Assembly: GCF_018350175.1 (NCBI RefSeq)
Contig: NC_058368.1
Span: 113,586,001 to 113,650,000, forward strand
Reading direction: 5' to 3'
Length of the DNA stretch: 64,000 nucleotides
Source: Felis catus
Lineage: Eukaryota
Position numbers and translations under genes: made by a program. Positions within the stretch are counted from its first letter, which is position 1, and each line of letters begins with the position of its first letter. Shown in pieces: positions 36,626-49,467 of this stretch. The notes under the pieces are model-generated. The model had not been told where the DNA came from, ran no database searches, and saw only the letters and a program-made list of their open reading frames with translations.

Positions 36626-38527
36626 TCTGAGAAGCCAACGGGACTGAGAGCCAATGGGTATCCTGCTTAGCACACAGCCTAGCTCATGCAAATGCCCCGT
36701 GACGGCGGGTCGCCCCTCGCTTGCTCGTTCTTGTGGCAACTGACACAGGGATGGCGCCTTGTGCAAATGGCAGGTAGAATCTGTCATCCAGGCTCTAGTC
36801 TGCCTTTTACGGCACTCCGGATTCTGCCCCTCCCCCCCCCCCCCGCCCTCCAGCCCCCACCTCCTTCTGCCAAGCCAGGGCATGACTTGGAATTGAACTT
36901 TTTCCCTCCAGGGGTATGAAAGGAAACTGAAAACACAAGAGATGTGATTAAATGCTGAGCTGGTCATCACGCCAAAGCTGACACTCACACGTGGACCAAG
37001 TCCGGTGATTTTCCACCTCTTAATCAAGTCCCTGCCGGATGGAAATGCAATGAACATCAATGAGAACAAATGCTAATAAGGTTCTAACAGGCATTGGATG
37101 TCAAGAGGTGAGGAATGAGCCTTGCATATTTTGACTGAGAGGGGGTCAAAGAGGAAATAATCGGGATACTAAATAGAAATCTTTTATTCAAGAGGAATGG
37201 CTTCCCTGAAAGGCAGCTGCTCCAATCAGTGACACTCATTCATTAAAGAATGTGCTTCTCGATGTCCTGCGGCAACAGAAACACCCAGCGCGGTGACATG
37301 TATCTTTCCTGGCATTTAGCGAACGTGGTAAAGTCGCCAGCAAATTTACATCAGGCCTAAGAAAAAGATAAGGTCCTTTCCTGACACACCCAGTCATTAG
37401 AGTTTTAAGCTGTCGAGAAATTTCTCCAAAAAAATGCTGTGGCCTTGGAGACATTCTATCAAATGCCTCCTTGAAGCTGCACTGCCAAAGTTAATGCATT
37501 TGTCAAGTGTCTGGGACAGCATTTTCTGCTACCTCTCCAGGGCCTTGGCAAAGAAAACCTCGCTGTGAATGGATTTCAGGTCTGCGGGAAAACCCTGTGA
37601 AATGTTCTTCGCTGAGATAAACGGACAGCCGGGGACCAGAGCTGTACGGCCCTCACCGCTCATCCTACTACCAGGCCACGGCGCGTTGCTGGCCACCCTC
37701 CAGAATCGGCTGTGGCCAGAGGATTCTCAACCATTTTCTGGCTTTCTGTGTCTTCAGACACACAGCCTCTCCAACTCCTCAGACACCCTCCATACCCAGT
37801 CTGCTGCCGCTCTGGGTTTCCTGATCAGGAGAGACCTGCTTTGAGTGCTAATGAGGCAGAATAAACAGCATGGTAACTCCAGAATCAGACCTGGATTCAA
37901 GGCCCAGCTCTCTCCTGGGCTGTGAAACTTGGGGTTTGTTCTTATGCTAAATCCTGGCTTCACTGCAAAGCGGGGAGGTCAACAGTATGAAAAGCGCTTA
38001 GCACAGAGCTAGGCATATGGGAAGCACTTCACAGAGGTTAGCTATTATAGAGAAGGTTTCATTAAAAAGTGGATTTTTCGCTTCAATACAACAAAGTAGC
38101 TGGGTTAAAAAAAAAAAAAGAGCGCCTCAGGGGATTCTGCAAAGTGGGATGCAGTGAGCAGTCATCCCTTTAGGTAAGAGGTTTACCACGACTTGTACAA
38201 ACAACCTTCCATCAGAAACCCAAACGGGAAGTCAAGAGGAGAGGGACCCTCAGGAACACCGCAGAACCCTAACCGATACATAACTGCTTACGGTGAAGGA
38301 GATGAGTTTAACCTGGAACTCTATCAAACCCAGAGGTCTCCAACTCCAAATCCTCTCCCCTTAGCTTAGATTTCCATCCGCGACGAGGAGAGGCTGATGA
38401 CGGCGACAGTCCCTACAGTTCCGTGAATGCTTACCACATGCCCAGCACCACACTAACCACCTCCATCTACTTGCCCAGCCTCACAACAACTCATGAAGAA
38501 ATGACTATTACGATCCTCAGTCTGGAT

Positions 38528-38833
38528 CGGCGCTGTCCCAGAGAAACGTCATGGGAAACCCAAATGTGAGCCATGAATGTCTCTTTCATTTTCCAGCAGA
38601 TACATGAAAAAGTAAAAAAGAGGTGAAATTCATTTTAATATTTTATTTAATCCAATGTATCGAAAATACCACATCTACCTGTCATCAATATTTTTAAACA
38701 TTCATGATCTATTTTTTTCCCTCGATCTGATGTGTATCTTACACTCTAAGCATATCTCAGTTCAGACTAGCCTTATTTCAAGTGCTTATTAGGAGCCACA
38801 CGTGGCTGGTGGTCACCATACTGGACCACGAAG
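38528..38833 (+). mobile_element. MER33 (hAT-Charlie), inserted into a MIR
   Basis: CGGCGCTGTCC...AAAAAGTAAAAAAGAGGTGAAATTCATTTTAATA...CAGACTAGCCTTATTTCAAGTGCT...GCCACACGTGGCTGGTGG; degenerate 8-bp TSD GTCTGGAT / GTCTGAAG. Confidence 0.88.
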
Positions 38834-39207
38834 GTCTGAAGAATGAGCAAAAGACATGATGACACTTGGGCAGGGTCCCACGTGGCAGTTGGCCCACAGC
38901 CAAGCTCTCAGCTATTATGCTCTCCTGCCTCTCATCTCCTGAATCCATGAGGCCTCACCTTCTGTGGCCCACCACTTGCCCCAAGAACCAGTGGCTTCAA
39001 GCGCACAACTAGAAGCAAATCCCTTCCTGCAAGCTGAGGGAAAATGCAAGAGACATCTGCAAATGCGCAGTTAAAGGTAAGATCCTGACAAGGCACCCTC
39101 ACTGCAACCTGCTAAAAATGACCCCTGGCTGAGAGTTAAGAAGAAGAAACAAGCACTTTTTTAAAAATAGCACCCAGCTGATATCAGAGGAGAGTTTCAA
39201 AGCTGTC

Positions 39208-39239
<32 letters not shown>

Positions 39240-40183
39240 AACCCTATGTTAGTTAGGAATTCCCCGAAAGGTAGGAGAGAGCTAGCGATACAGAGATTAG
39301 CTATAATTTGGTAATGATTCCAAACCAAAATACCAGAAAATGACAATGCTAACAACAAGAGGAAAATACAGTAACAGAGGAGGTACCATGGTTAAACAGG
39401 AAATGGAAAAAATGCATATTTAACTGGAGACAGAGCCGGGAAGGTCAAAGCGGCCGGCAAAGGGACCTGCAGGTGATCAGCCACTCACCGGCCTGCATCT
39501 CACCTCAGAGTCGAGTTGCTGCCTCAAAGACATGGAAATTATTTGGGACAGAAGCTCTTTGCAGCTATCATTTGTGGTATAATGGCATAATGGTAATTAC
39601 TTGCTGCCAATTGTACTGTGACTAAAAGTGCATCCAAGAACCAAGATGGTTTGGAAGGCTTCCATGAGACTGACACAATCGACAGAGTTTCCAGCCCAGA
39701 GACGGCCACTGGGAATACCCAGATCTTCAAAAGAAAGGCGGTGAAAACCCACAGGTGGGATCTGCTTTGTTTTGAACTAAGCACAGGACGGACCCCATAA
39801 GACAAGCTTGGGTTTTATCTCCTGTGCCCCCACTCCTTCAGCAGCCCTGCAAAAGGTCCCAGACGGAGATGTATGCCCAACACCTGCAGCGCTAGGGTGA
39901 AGGGCCAAGGCTGAGGCCCTGCTAGGCCACGCAGGGATAGCCCAGGCCTGGACACACACACAAGTGAGAGTCACCAGGGAGGCTGGTTAGGCATGTCCTT
40001 CCTGAAGCATGCTGGGTTCACCAGCACGGGTATAAACAAACACTGAGCCCGGGTAATACCTCTCCATCCCATCCCACCCCAAACCGGAGCCTCTATCCTT
40101 TCGGGAAGGGTCTCCAACTCCTGTACAGGAGGATGGTAACCAGCAGGAACTCAGCATCAAACAAACCCGACTCTGCCTCTTTG

Positions 40184-40443
40184 GTTTTTAAATTTTTTTT
40201 TAATGTTTTACTTTCTTTTTTTTTTTTTTTTTTTTGAGAGAGAGAGAGGGAGAGAGGGAGAGAGAAAGAGAGTGTGAATGAGCAGGGGAGGGGCGGAGAG
40301 AGGGGGAGACACAGAATCGGAAGCAGGCTCCAGGCTCTGAGCTGTCAGCACAGAGCCCGACGCGGGTCTCGAGCTCCTAGACCACAAGATCACGACCTGA
40401 GCCGAAGTCGGACGCTTAACCGACTGAGCCACCCAGGTGCCCC
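40184..40443 (-). mobile_element. Can-SINE (feliform type, fairly young), inserted into a MIR
   Basis: CpG-rich body GAGCCGAAGTCGGACGCTTAACCGACTGAGCCACCCAGGTGCCCC; TSD GACTCTGCCTCTT (40169-40181 / 40445-40457). Confidence 0.97.
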
Positions 40444-41825
40444 AGACTCTGCCTCTTACCAGCAGCGTGACTGTAGCTGAGTTAATGACTCTGAGCCTCA
40501 ATTTTTTCTTCTGTAACAGAATCATTCATTCATTTAACAAATACTTCTTAAGCCTGTACTATTCTAGCTTCTAGGGATATAACAGAGAAGAAACCAAACA
40601 AACAAACAAAACCAATCTCTCCCCCATCAAACTTAATTCTAGCTGGAGGAGGAGGTACCTAGGGGGCAGATCAACATGTGTAAACAAATATAATACCAGT
40701 ACCTACCTCACTGGGTTGATGTGAAAATTCAATTACATAGCACATCTAAAACAGATTGTACGCACTAAATAAATGTTAGCTATTGTTATTATGAATAGTA
40801 ATAATAGTTATATCGAATCCTTCCAGCTGCACCTGGACCTGGGGCTGGGCCTTGTTCCAGAAGTCCAATATGGCTGGAAGCCAAGGCAGGATAAAAGCCA
40901 GCAAGGTCCTCCATTCTTCCCATCCCAACATCTTTCTGGAACTGCGCCACAAGGACATCCTGCCACAAGGATGAAGCCGCACACGGTCTTCATTTAGCAA
41001 ATCTGACAGTCCTACCAAGTTCAGGTGCACAGTAAAAGGTGGGTCTAGAAAACGGGGCTCTTGGGGCTACAATTCTGCTAACCAGGGGAGAAGCAGCCTT
41101 CTACCATGCTCAATGAGGAGTGACGTGCCTATGTCCAAAATACTCACAAACCAGCAGGGAAAAGAGCCTCCGACACATTGCAGCTGTGGACCAACACACC
41201 GTGGCTGATCACACGTTCCCAGGGCTGGAGGGCCAGGGAGGGCTGCGATCCCACCATGGCATGAATGCGCCGTTTCGCCACGGTGCCCAGGCAGTACCAG
41301 GGCTCTGCGACATGGGACTGACAGCGCCCAGACACACAGCAGCACCCCCCACACCACTTAGGAAGCATGTGCTGGGTAGCCCTGCTGATGTGTGGCACCA
41401 GCCTTGCACACCCTTACTGTTGCCAATAACCCTAGGACGTCAGCACTCCTTTCTGTAATCTCCATTTTGTAAATAAGGAAACTGAGGTTAAGGAACTTGT
41501 CCAGAGATGCACAGGCAAAGGGGAAAAAGGCAGACGCCCCAGCACCAGGTCCTGGACCTGTAAGGTAAAGTGTCTCACTCCAGGGCCACCCCAGGGGGAA
41601 GGGAAGGCAAGAAGGCCAGGGGCTCAAAGCCACCAGTCCCCAGCAAAGGTGCAGCAGTTCGTATGCAATCTATTTCTTATGAACAGAATCCAGACAACAT
41701 TTCATTTGGAAAAAAAAAAAAAAAAAGTGGCATTGCTCATTTTTTTTTTTAAAAATCATGGAATAAATGATGGCCCATATCCAAAGGTGGCTTGTATGTC
41801 AAGCTTTTAAAAATGCCAGGACCCA

Positions 41826-42022
41826 GGGCATCTGTGTGGCTCAGCCGGTTGAGCACACGATTTTGGCTCTCGCAGTTCATGAGTTCGAGCCCCGCATCAG
41901 GCTTGCTGCTGTCAGTGCAGAGCCCGCTTCAGATCCTCTGTCCCCCTCTCTCTCTGCTCCTCCCATGCTTGTGCTCTGTCTCAAAAATAAATAAAACATG
42001 AGAAAAATACATAAATTAAATT
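41826..42022 (+). mobile_element. Can-SINE
   Basis: GGGCATCTGTGTGGCTCAGCCGG head, B box GAGTTCGAGCCC; TSD AAAATGCCAG(G)ACCCA. Confidence 0.96.
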
Positions 42023-42029
42023 AAAATGC

Positions 42030-42660
42030 CAGACCCAAATATCCATCCACAGTGGAACAGATAAATTATGGTAACGTATTCATATAACAAAAAAGCATTG
42101 AAAAACTGCTTCTAGATACAACATGGTGATCTCACAACATGAGGTAAGAAGACAGAAAAATATAAAGTGAATGAATTTGTTTAAAACAATTTTTTAATGT
42201 TTATTTACTTTTGAGAGAGACAGACAGAGAGAGACAGTGTGAGTTGGGGAGGGGCAGAGAGAGAGGGAGACACAGAACCTGAAGCAGGCTCCAGGCTCTG
42301 AGCTGTCAGCACAGAGCCTGACATGGGGCTCGAACCCTCACACTATGAAATCATGACCTGAGTCAAAGCTGGCCACTTAACCAACTGAGCCGCTCATGGG
42401 CCCCTGGTTGAATTCATCTTATATCAAGTTCAAAAACGGGCAAAGCTAAACAATGGTGATAAAAGTTACAGAGATGGTTACCTTTGCTAAGGGAGCAGTG
42501 GCTGGGAAGGTACAAGGGAGGGTCTGGGGGTGCTAGAGAGATTCTTATATCTTAATTAGGCAAGATTACAGAGGAATATTTAGAGATAAACATTATCAAG
42601 CTGTACCTGTAAGATCTGTGTGCTTTTCCATATTGTACCTCAATAAAAATATAGAATAAA
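42030..42660 (+). mobile_element. Old L1 (L1ME-like) 3' end, interrupted by a Can-SINE
   Basis: CCCAAATATCCATC...CAAGTTCAAAAACGGGCAAAGCTAA...GGTTACCTTTG...CTGGGGGTGCTAG...AAGCTGTAC...CCTCAATAAAAA. Confidence 0.78.
42180..42404 (-). mobile_element. Can-SINE (feliform type)
   Basis: TTTTTAATGTTTATTT tail, GCAGGCTCCAGGCTCTGAGCTGTCAGCACAGAG, reverse head. Confidence 0.96.
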
Positions 42661-45079
42661 AATTCAAAAATATCCCCATAAAATATTTAATCCAGGATCC
42701 TCACTTTAGGTAAAAATGAACCCAGACTCCTTTAAGAAAGAAGGCAATTGCCTATCTTATAAAACAAAAACTAAAATAAAGACTTTTTTTAAACCCCAAA
42801 TAAAAATTCAGCCACAACAACAAAACTCGTGAGCTGAGGAGTGGGGGAGCGGGACCCCCATCCTCCAGATCTGCACAGGTTATATGTGACCTCCAGCTAC
42901 CCCCCAGCCCTGCCCAGAATTTGAGTCTCCGAAGACATGTCTGCAGAGAACAAAGCCCCCACCACTGGCCACTTCAAAGGGGCTTAGAGGAATATTCCTT
43001 TCCTCTGCGCCCAGGAGCATCAGGCCTTTTCAGAAGGCACGACAAGAAACTCAAAAGCACTCAATACAATAAAGCTGTTGCCAGGCCATCTCAGGATCCA
43101 AGCACACCAAGTTAAATGGGCACACATAACAAAAGGAAACCAGCAGCCACCAGGCATTCACACACAGCACACCGCTCCCGGCACACTCGCCTCTAATTAT
43201 TTCCTGGTCTGGGAACAGGCAGAGCTTAGAACAAAAGCCGGGGACCCACCAGTGACAGCCTCAGAAGGCTACCTGGGCCCAGGTATCCCCAGTCCCTGGA
43301 AGATGGCTGCACAGGCTCTGTGAGCCACCGCCTCCTCTGGCAGCCGCTGCCTCTCCCTCCTGCAGTCCCTTGCTTATTAAAAGCGAAGCTGGCCAGGCGA
43401 GAATCACAGGCCCAGAGCGCAGGCTTCGCTGCTGTCTTGGTTTTGATGCAAGAGGCAAAGGGTGGCAATGAGGGTCACCGGGTTTGACCACAATCACACT
43501 CAGATTTGAAATGCACTTCAGCAATTACCAAGTCCTCAGCCAGCAGAACTCCCCTGGGATATAGAGGGGGGATGGGGGAGTGGGGAGGAAGTGGGATTTT
43601 CAAAAGGAAATTAGAGCCACCGTACCAACAAGTTTCCCTTCCTAACTCCTATTCAAGGAAATCAGCTTCAGGCACTGGAGAGAAGTGAATAAGCCTTCTG
43701 GGAAAAGTAACTCCTAGATTCATTTAATTTCCATGCCCTTATTTTCCTTTCCCACCATTGCTTCTTCTTTAAACACTGCCATACATCAGATCACCGTCCC
43801 CGGCCCCGGCCTTTCTAGGGCACCTCTATGTATACATGCAAAGAAGGAAGACTAGAAGGTCAACGACAAAATGTTAGCAGCCCTGAAGCACGGCAAACAG
43901 AAGCAGGATCAACTTGCGCCTTCTCTTTGTGCATGTGTACATCAAAATGGAACATTAGTCAGAAGTTGATTGCTACCTTTTTGTTCATTTGCTACAGCAT
44001 CTCACCAACCGGTGCCTGACTTCTCTGACACATGAAGGAGATGGCCAGCTTACGGTTCTCAAGATCTGGGCTGTCCCTGCTCCACAGAAGAGTAAGTATT
44101 ATTTCTGTGTTTTCTATGTCTTGGCCCATCTCCAAGGGGAGATGAAAGTATGCGCTTCGAGCACTGAACCCGGAACGGCCTCGCACAGGGTGTTGGCCTG
44201 GGCAGGGATGAGCACACAGAGGCCTCCAAGCAGGAAACTTGACTGCCGGTGTGGGGCCAACCATGTGGGGCCAACCATGCGGGTCCACACGAGAGGGGAT
44301 CACTCAGTGCCAGGCCCCCCACAGCCTCCTGGAGCTCCCAGGTCTTTCCCAAAGGGAGGGGCCTTGAGGAATGCCCCACACCAGGCCCCTTCTCTATCTC
44401 GGCAAGTTGTGCCTCAAGTTGATTTAACTTCAGGGAAAAAAATGTAATGTGTGATGTCTTGCTCTCCAAGTATCAAGGAACAATTTGTTCCTGTTTCTTT
44501 TTTTTTTTTTTTTTTTTTTGTAATTTTCTACAAGGAACATGTATTACTTATGGAATAATAAATTGAGTTTTTGGCACAAGGCAAGACACAAGCAATTAAA
44601 TGAGCTGACAGATAAATCATGAGAGGAGGCTACTTGTTTTGCTTCTGCGTGGCCACCAGCTGCAGCAGCATTCAGGACTCTCTCCGGCGTGTGGACAGGA
44701 AACTCCTTGATGTTTTCTACAACGGACAGGTTCTAGTCAACAAATTAATCAAACCAATCCTGAAAATAAGTCCCTGTCCTAAAGAGAAATCAGACGGGTC
44801 TGAAAGAAATCAGGTAAGACTAGATGAGGATCAGGAAATGGAACTGGAAGAAACTCAACACAATCACCTCCTCCCCTCCCACGTCTCAGCTGTGCTCTGC
44901 ATGGGAACTGCTACCTGAGGGACAGTCAGGGCACACGCTTGGGTTCCCTAAGGCTTGGTGGCTGGAGGAAGAAGGGAGAGAATAAGTATGGCAGAGGTGA
45001 CAAAGATGTGGCTTTGGGAATACTGGTGGGACAGTCCAGACGAGGATAAGCCGGCTGACCAACGAAACCACAAGTGAAT

Positions 45080-45277
45080 GGGGCGCCAGAGTAGCTCAGT
45101 GGGCTAAGCATCTGACTTCAGCTCAGGTCATGACCTCACGGTTCGTGAGTTCAAGCCCCGCATCAGGCTCTGTGCTGACAGCTCAGAACCTGCAGCCTGC
45201 TTCGGATTCTGTGTCTCCCTCTCTCTCTGCCTCTCTCTCTCTCAAAAACAAATAAACATTAAAAAAAAAAAAAAAAA
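45080..45277 (+). mobile_element. Can-SINE (feliform type)
   Basis: GGGGCGCCAGAGTAGCTCAG head, TGCTGACAGCTCAGAACCTG, poly(A). Confidence 0.96.
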
Positions 45278-47214
45278 CCAAGAAAGAAGGTTAACCTAAA
45301 CAGCAACGATTTGTCTCAGGCATGGATGGCTAGTTTCTGAGCTGGAACCATGAGGGAATCCAAAGGCTCCTCATGCAAACGAGGTCAGAGTTCCCACCTG
45401 AGAGGAGATAAGGCTCCCACCAGAGACGACATGAAGATGCTACCAAAAGCTATGTGCCGATGGCCCCCCTTTCGAGCAAAGTGGCCAGATGGGCTCAGTG
45501 CCCAAGGCAAAGGCTGTCCTCCACAGTCTAGCCGACACCCCGTGATCTAAGTAACTCAGTTCTCTCTTGGGGAGCTGGGTTGTGAGACCCAAGGCAAGTC
45601 AGCAGCTGGGAAGAGAGAAGCAGAAGAGGTGTGGAACAGCACCAGGAACGCAACCTGTTACACTGAGGTGTCCAAAGACTCGGACCCAGGAGATGGCTGC
45701 TGTATCCTGAGCCACCTCCCAGTTCTCCACAGTCATGACTGGGACTGTTTCCTGGGCCTCGTCCCATACCCCCCCCCCCCCACCTTCTGGATGTGCGGTT
45801 CACCCTGCTTTCCCACAGGAACCAGAGAAAGCCTAACAGGGACCAGAACACTTTCCCATTGCCACCTAACCTCAACGGCAGGCCTCCAAGGCTAGGGTGC
45901 TAGGTACACACGGCGGTGGGCAAGGAGCGACAGTGCACCACCCGCCTCCTGGGACTGATGATGTCAGGATCGTGTTCCGAAACCACTAGAATGGAAACTC
46001 ATTCTGGCTTTCCATCACAACAAAGACAGACAAGCCATCTGAAAAGAGTTTCATCATAATGAATTTATTTTAATTTCCTTCAAACACAAGACAGATCAAA
46101 CATATACAGATTTATCTTTACTGCAAAGAGAAAAAACTCCCGGGTAATAAGCGAATGTGTTTCTGTGCCATCCAATGGCTTTAAATAACAAAAAGGAAGG
46201 TTTAATGCTCAAAAAGACACCGTTCAAATGACAAGGTCTCTTAATACTTTTTCTGCTTCCCAGGCAAGCTACAAACACTTCTGAGTGGCATCTCTCGCCA
46301 CGGGAGGGTATCGGTGCTGCTTAAAAAACATACAAGATAACTTTTCACTCATTTCTTTGGCTTAATAGCCATACATCATATATTAAGTCAGCATCTGATT
46401 TGAATATGAAATTTTCTTTCGATAAGCCAAGACAAGTCTGGTGGTACCATCACACAAGTCACCAGCCAGAACTTGACGTGAAAAGAGAAGTTGTGAGCTG
46501 AGTGGGGCTGAAGACTGCCTTCCCTTTCCAGAGCCCAAATAAACTCATCTCTTGGGTAATTCAGACCTTGGTGGTAGTTCAATTCATGAGCCCCAATGGT
46601 GACAGCACTGAAACCAATTCCCCTGCACAGACTGAGTCATCAGACTAAATATTGCCACTTTAACACTTAGTGAGTAAGAATTAGAATGTCAGGGAAGAGC
46701 TTCCCAAGCATTCATCATTCTCCTTTGCTTCCTCTAAGATATTCATATAACAACTCCCTAAGACCCACACCAAATAAACTCACCAGACCGACAGCCTGGT
46801 AGAGCAAATGTCACATGCGTGAATCACACTCCACCTAGGCTACAATATCTCTACCCTCCACTGTAAGGACTCGCTAAGGGCAGAGAGGTGGGAACAGCGA
46901 CGATAGGGCCTGGGGGTGGGGGCACATGGGGGAGGTAATGGGGCAAGTTAGACAACACCCAAAGCAAAAACTGGATGTAACAGAAAATTCATTCATGTGT
47001 TTGCTTTACTGGTGAAGTCATGACAACAGCTTCTGGGTACACTTTCCTAACCAGGTAATGAAATAGCCCATGTGTATCCACTATGTGAGCATAAACTTCT
47101 TAAAGACGCTGAGGCTTAGGAAGAGGAACCCCGGCTGGGAAAGAATGGGTAGCATTGCCCAGTGGCAGGAAGTAGCCTATACACGCTCACCTTAAAATGA
47201 AGATGTTGGGGGGC

Positions 47215-47470
47215 GGGGATGCCTGGGTGCCTTGGTCAGTTAAGTGTCTGACTCTCGTTTTTGGCTCAGGTCATGATCTCATAGTCCATGGGTTTGAGCC
47301 CCGCATCAGGTTCTGAGCTGACAGCTTGGAGCCTACTTGGGATCTTCTCTCTCTCTCTCTCTCTCTCTCTCCCTCTCCCTCTCCCTCTCCCTCTCCCTCT
47401 CCCTCTCTCCCCCTTCCTCTGCTCACGCATGCCCCATTTCTCTCTCAAAATAAATAAATAAACATTAAAA
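47215..47470 (+). mobile_element. Can-SINE with expanded (CT)n/(CCCTCT)n tract
   Basis: GGGGATGCCTGGGTG head, GCTCAGGTCATGATCTC, (TAAA)n tail. Confidence 0.95.
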
Positions 47471-47689
47471 AAAATGAAGGCGTGTGAACAAAAATCACAA
47501 CAACAAAATGAAGGCATGTGACATGATGGTCAGAAGTTTGATTAGCTTCTGAACCAAGACTAAATCAAACTGTGAAATAATAAAAAGGGTCCCTTGTTTT
47601 TCTATCCCTCTCCTACAGTATCCACGTAGACCATCCACTGGGCAGCCCCACCTGGCACTGCCCTCTCAGCACCCCCTGTTCCAGAAAGC

Positions 47690-47920
47690 AGCTGTTAAGA
47701 GCAGGCCTTGGAGTCAGAAAGACCCTGGGTTTAAATTCCAGCATGACTGCTTTCTATGAGTCTTTGGCTCAGTCACCTAAGACCTCAAACCTCTTGTCCC
47801 AGTTGTAAAATAGAGATATATGAACATCTCAAAGAGCTGCTGTGACTTTTAACAAAATAAAAACAAGCAAAAACAGTAACAAAAGCCTTAGTACACTATC
47901 CAGCACGTCATGGGCTCCAC
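47690..47920 (+). mobile_element. MIR SINE
   Basis: GTTAAGAGCAGGCCTTGGAGTCAGAAAGACCCTGGGTTTAAATTCCAGC...GTTGTAAAATAGAGAT. Confidence 0.8.
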
Positions 47921-48399
47921 TGGTTTGTCTTCCTCTGACTCTCTGGGCCAATGAGACTTCAGTTTCTACAACTGATCCGATGACTTAGTTTTTCTGACAA
48001 TACCAGCAGCTACTTGGCTGGCTGATCTTTAACTACCTGCCTTCCCCCAAGAAAAGGGGCTGGAAAGGGAGATTTGGGGGGAGCACTGGCAGTGCCTCCC
48101 CAGGATGAATGCAGGCCAGCACCCCCCTGGCCTGTGGAAGAGGCCAGCTTCCCAGACTAAGCTAGTCAGGGTGACTTCACTCCTTCCCCTGCCCACTGGG
48201 GAACACAGTCTATGACTGAAGAGGACAGTGCCATGGGCTCTTCTCAGATGGGAGCATCCCAAAGTTGGGTCAGCACAATGACTGGGATGGAAATGACTCG
48301 ATGTCACTGGTGGAGTCAGAGCCACATGTGAAACTTGGAGCCAGCACGGCCGGGACGCCTGCACTGCCCTTGCTCCACTATGGACCAGCAGGCACCCAC

Positions 48400-48486
48400 A
48401 CCCTATTTCCAACCAGAGTCACCTTCACAGGTACCACGGGGTAGAACTTAAGGCTATCTCTGGGGGAGATACAATTCAACCCTGCA
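48400..48486 (-). mobile_element. MLT1C/D-like LTR 5' fragment
   Basis: CCTATTTCCAACCAGAGTCACCTTCACAGGTACC...GGGGGAGATACAATTCAACCC. Confidence 0.65.
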
Positions 48487-49262
48487 GTGCCCATCACATA
48501 GGGTTCTTCAGATTAAAAGATTAATGGCTGGAGCATGCTCTGAACGGTATCAGTCACACGGGAAACAAACGTGACATGTTACTATTATGAGAGTTGCCAT
48601 CTTCATCTTCTCCAGGAAGTCTTCCTGACTTCCTGATAACCTTTTTCCAAGAAGGGTTTGAGACAATTCAGACTTCCCGTCTAGACTACAAACCCCTTAA
48701 GATCAGGGACCAGGCTTCTTGACATCCACTTGCTAAGTGCCCCCGGAGTGTATGGGGACGGTCTCAGCAGCAAGACCGCGGGCTCTGACGTCAGACAGAC
48801 CCGTGCTTGGGACTTGGCTCTGCCACTTTCTACCGATATGACAATGGGCAGGTGAAGCAATGCCTGAGCCTCACGCTAGCATCTGAGGGGCAAGAACGTG
48901 ACAGCTGTGCGGGCAAATTGTGAATACCGCAGATGACACAGACACAGCACAGAGCGGTCAGCGAGTAGTACGCGCTCTAGAGCTGCCGTCACCTCACTGA
49001 TGCTCAACAACTGCGTGGTTCAATAAATACCTGGTAACTAAACGGACAGTCAGATCACACTAAGCCATGACACCCCTGGGAGACCTCTGGCCCTCACTGC
49101 TGAGACGGAGCCCTTACCCTCATCTCCTCCACAGCCCCCAGGAGGGAACACCCTGCCTGCAGACGGACAAACCACTGCATTTATCCATTTTTCAGGCCTT
49201 GAGTGAACACATGCTCAGCCAGATATCTACCACGTGCCAAGCACCTGCTCGATGCTCCTGAG

Positions 49263-49467
49263 CAGGAGTCAGCAAACTTTTTTCTATAAAGGGCCAGAGA
49301 GTAAACAACTTGGGCGTTCTGGGCCGTACAGACCCTGTCGCAACTAGTCGACTCTGTGTTATGGCACAAACACCGCCGTGGACAACGTGGAAACAAGTGG
49401 GCATGGCCGTGACCCAGCCCCACTTGATTTACAAAAACAGGTGTTGGGCGATACTTTGCGACCCCTG
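49263..49467 (+). mobile_element. MER58A (hAT-Charlie), both ends present
   Basis: CAGGAGTCAGCAAACTTTTTTCTATAAAGGGCCAGAGAGTAAA...TTTACAAAAACAGG...TTTGCGACCCCTG; 8-bp TSD CTCCTGAG / CTTCTGAG. Confidence 0.93.
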
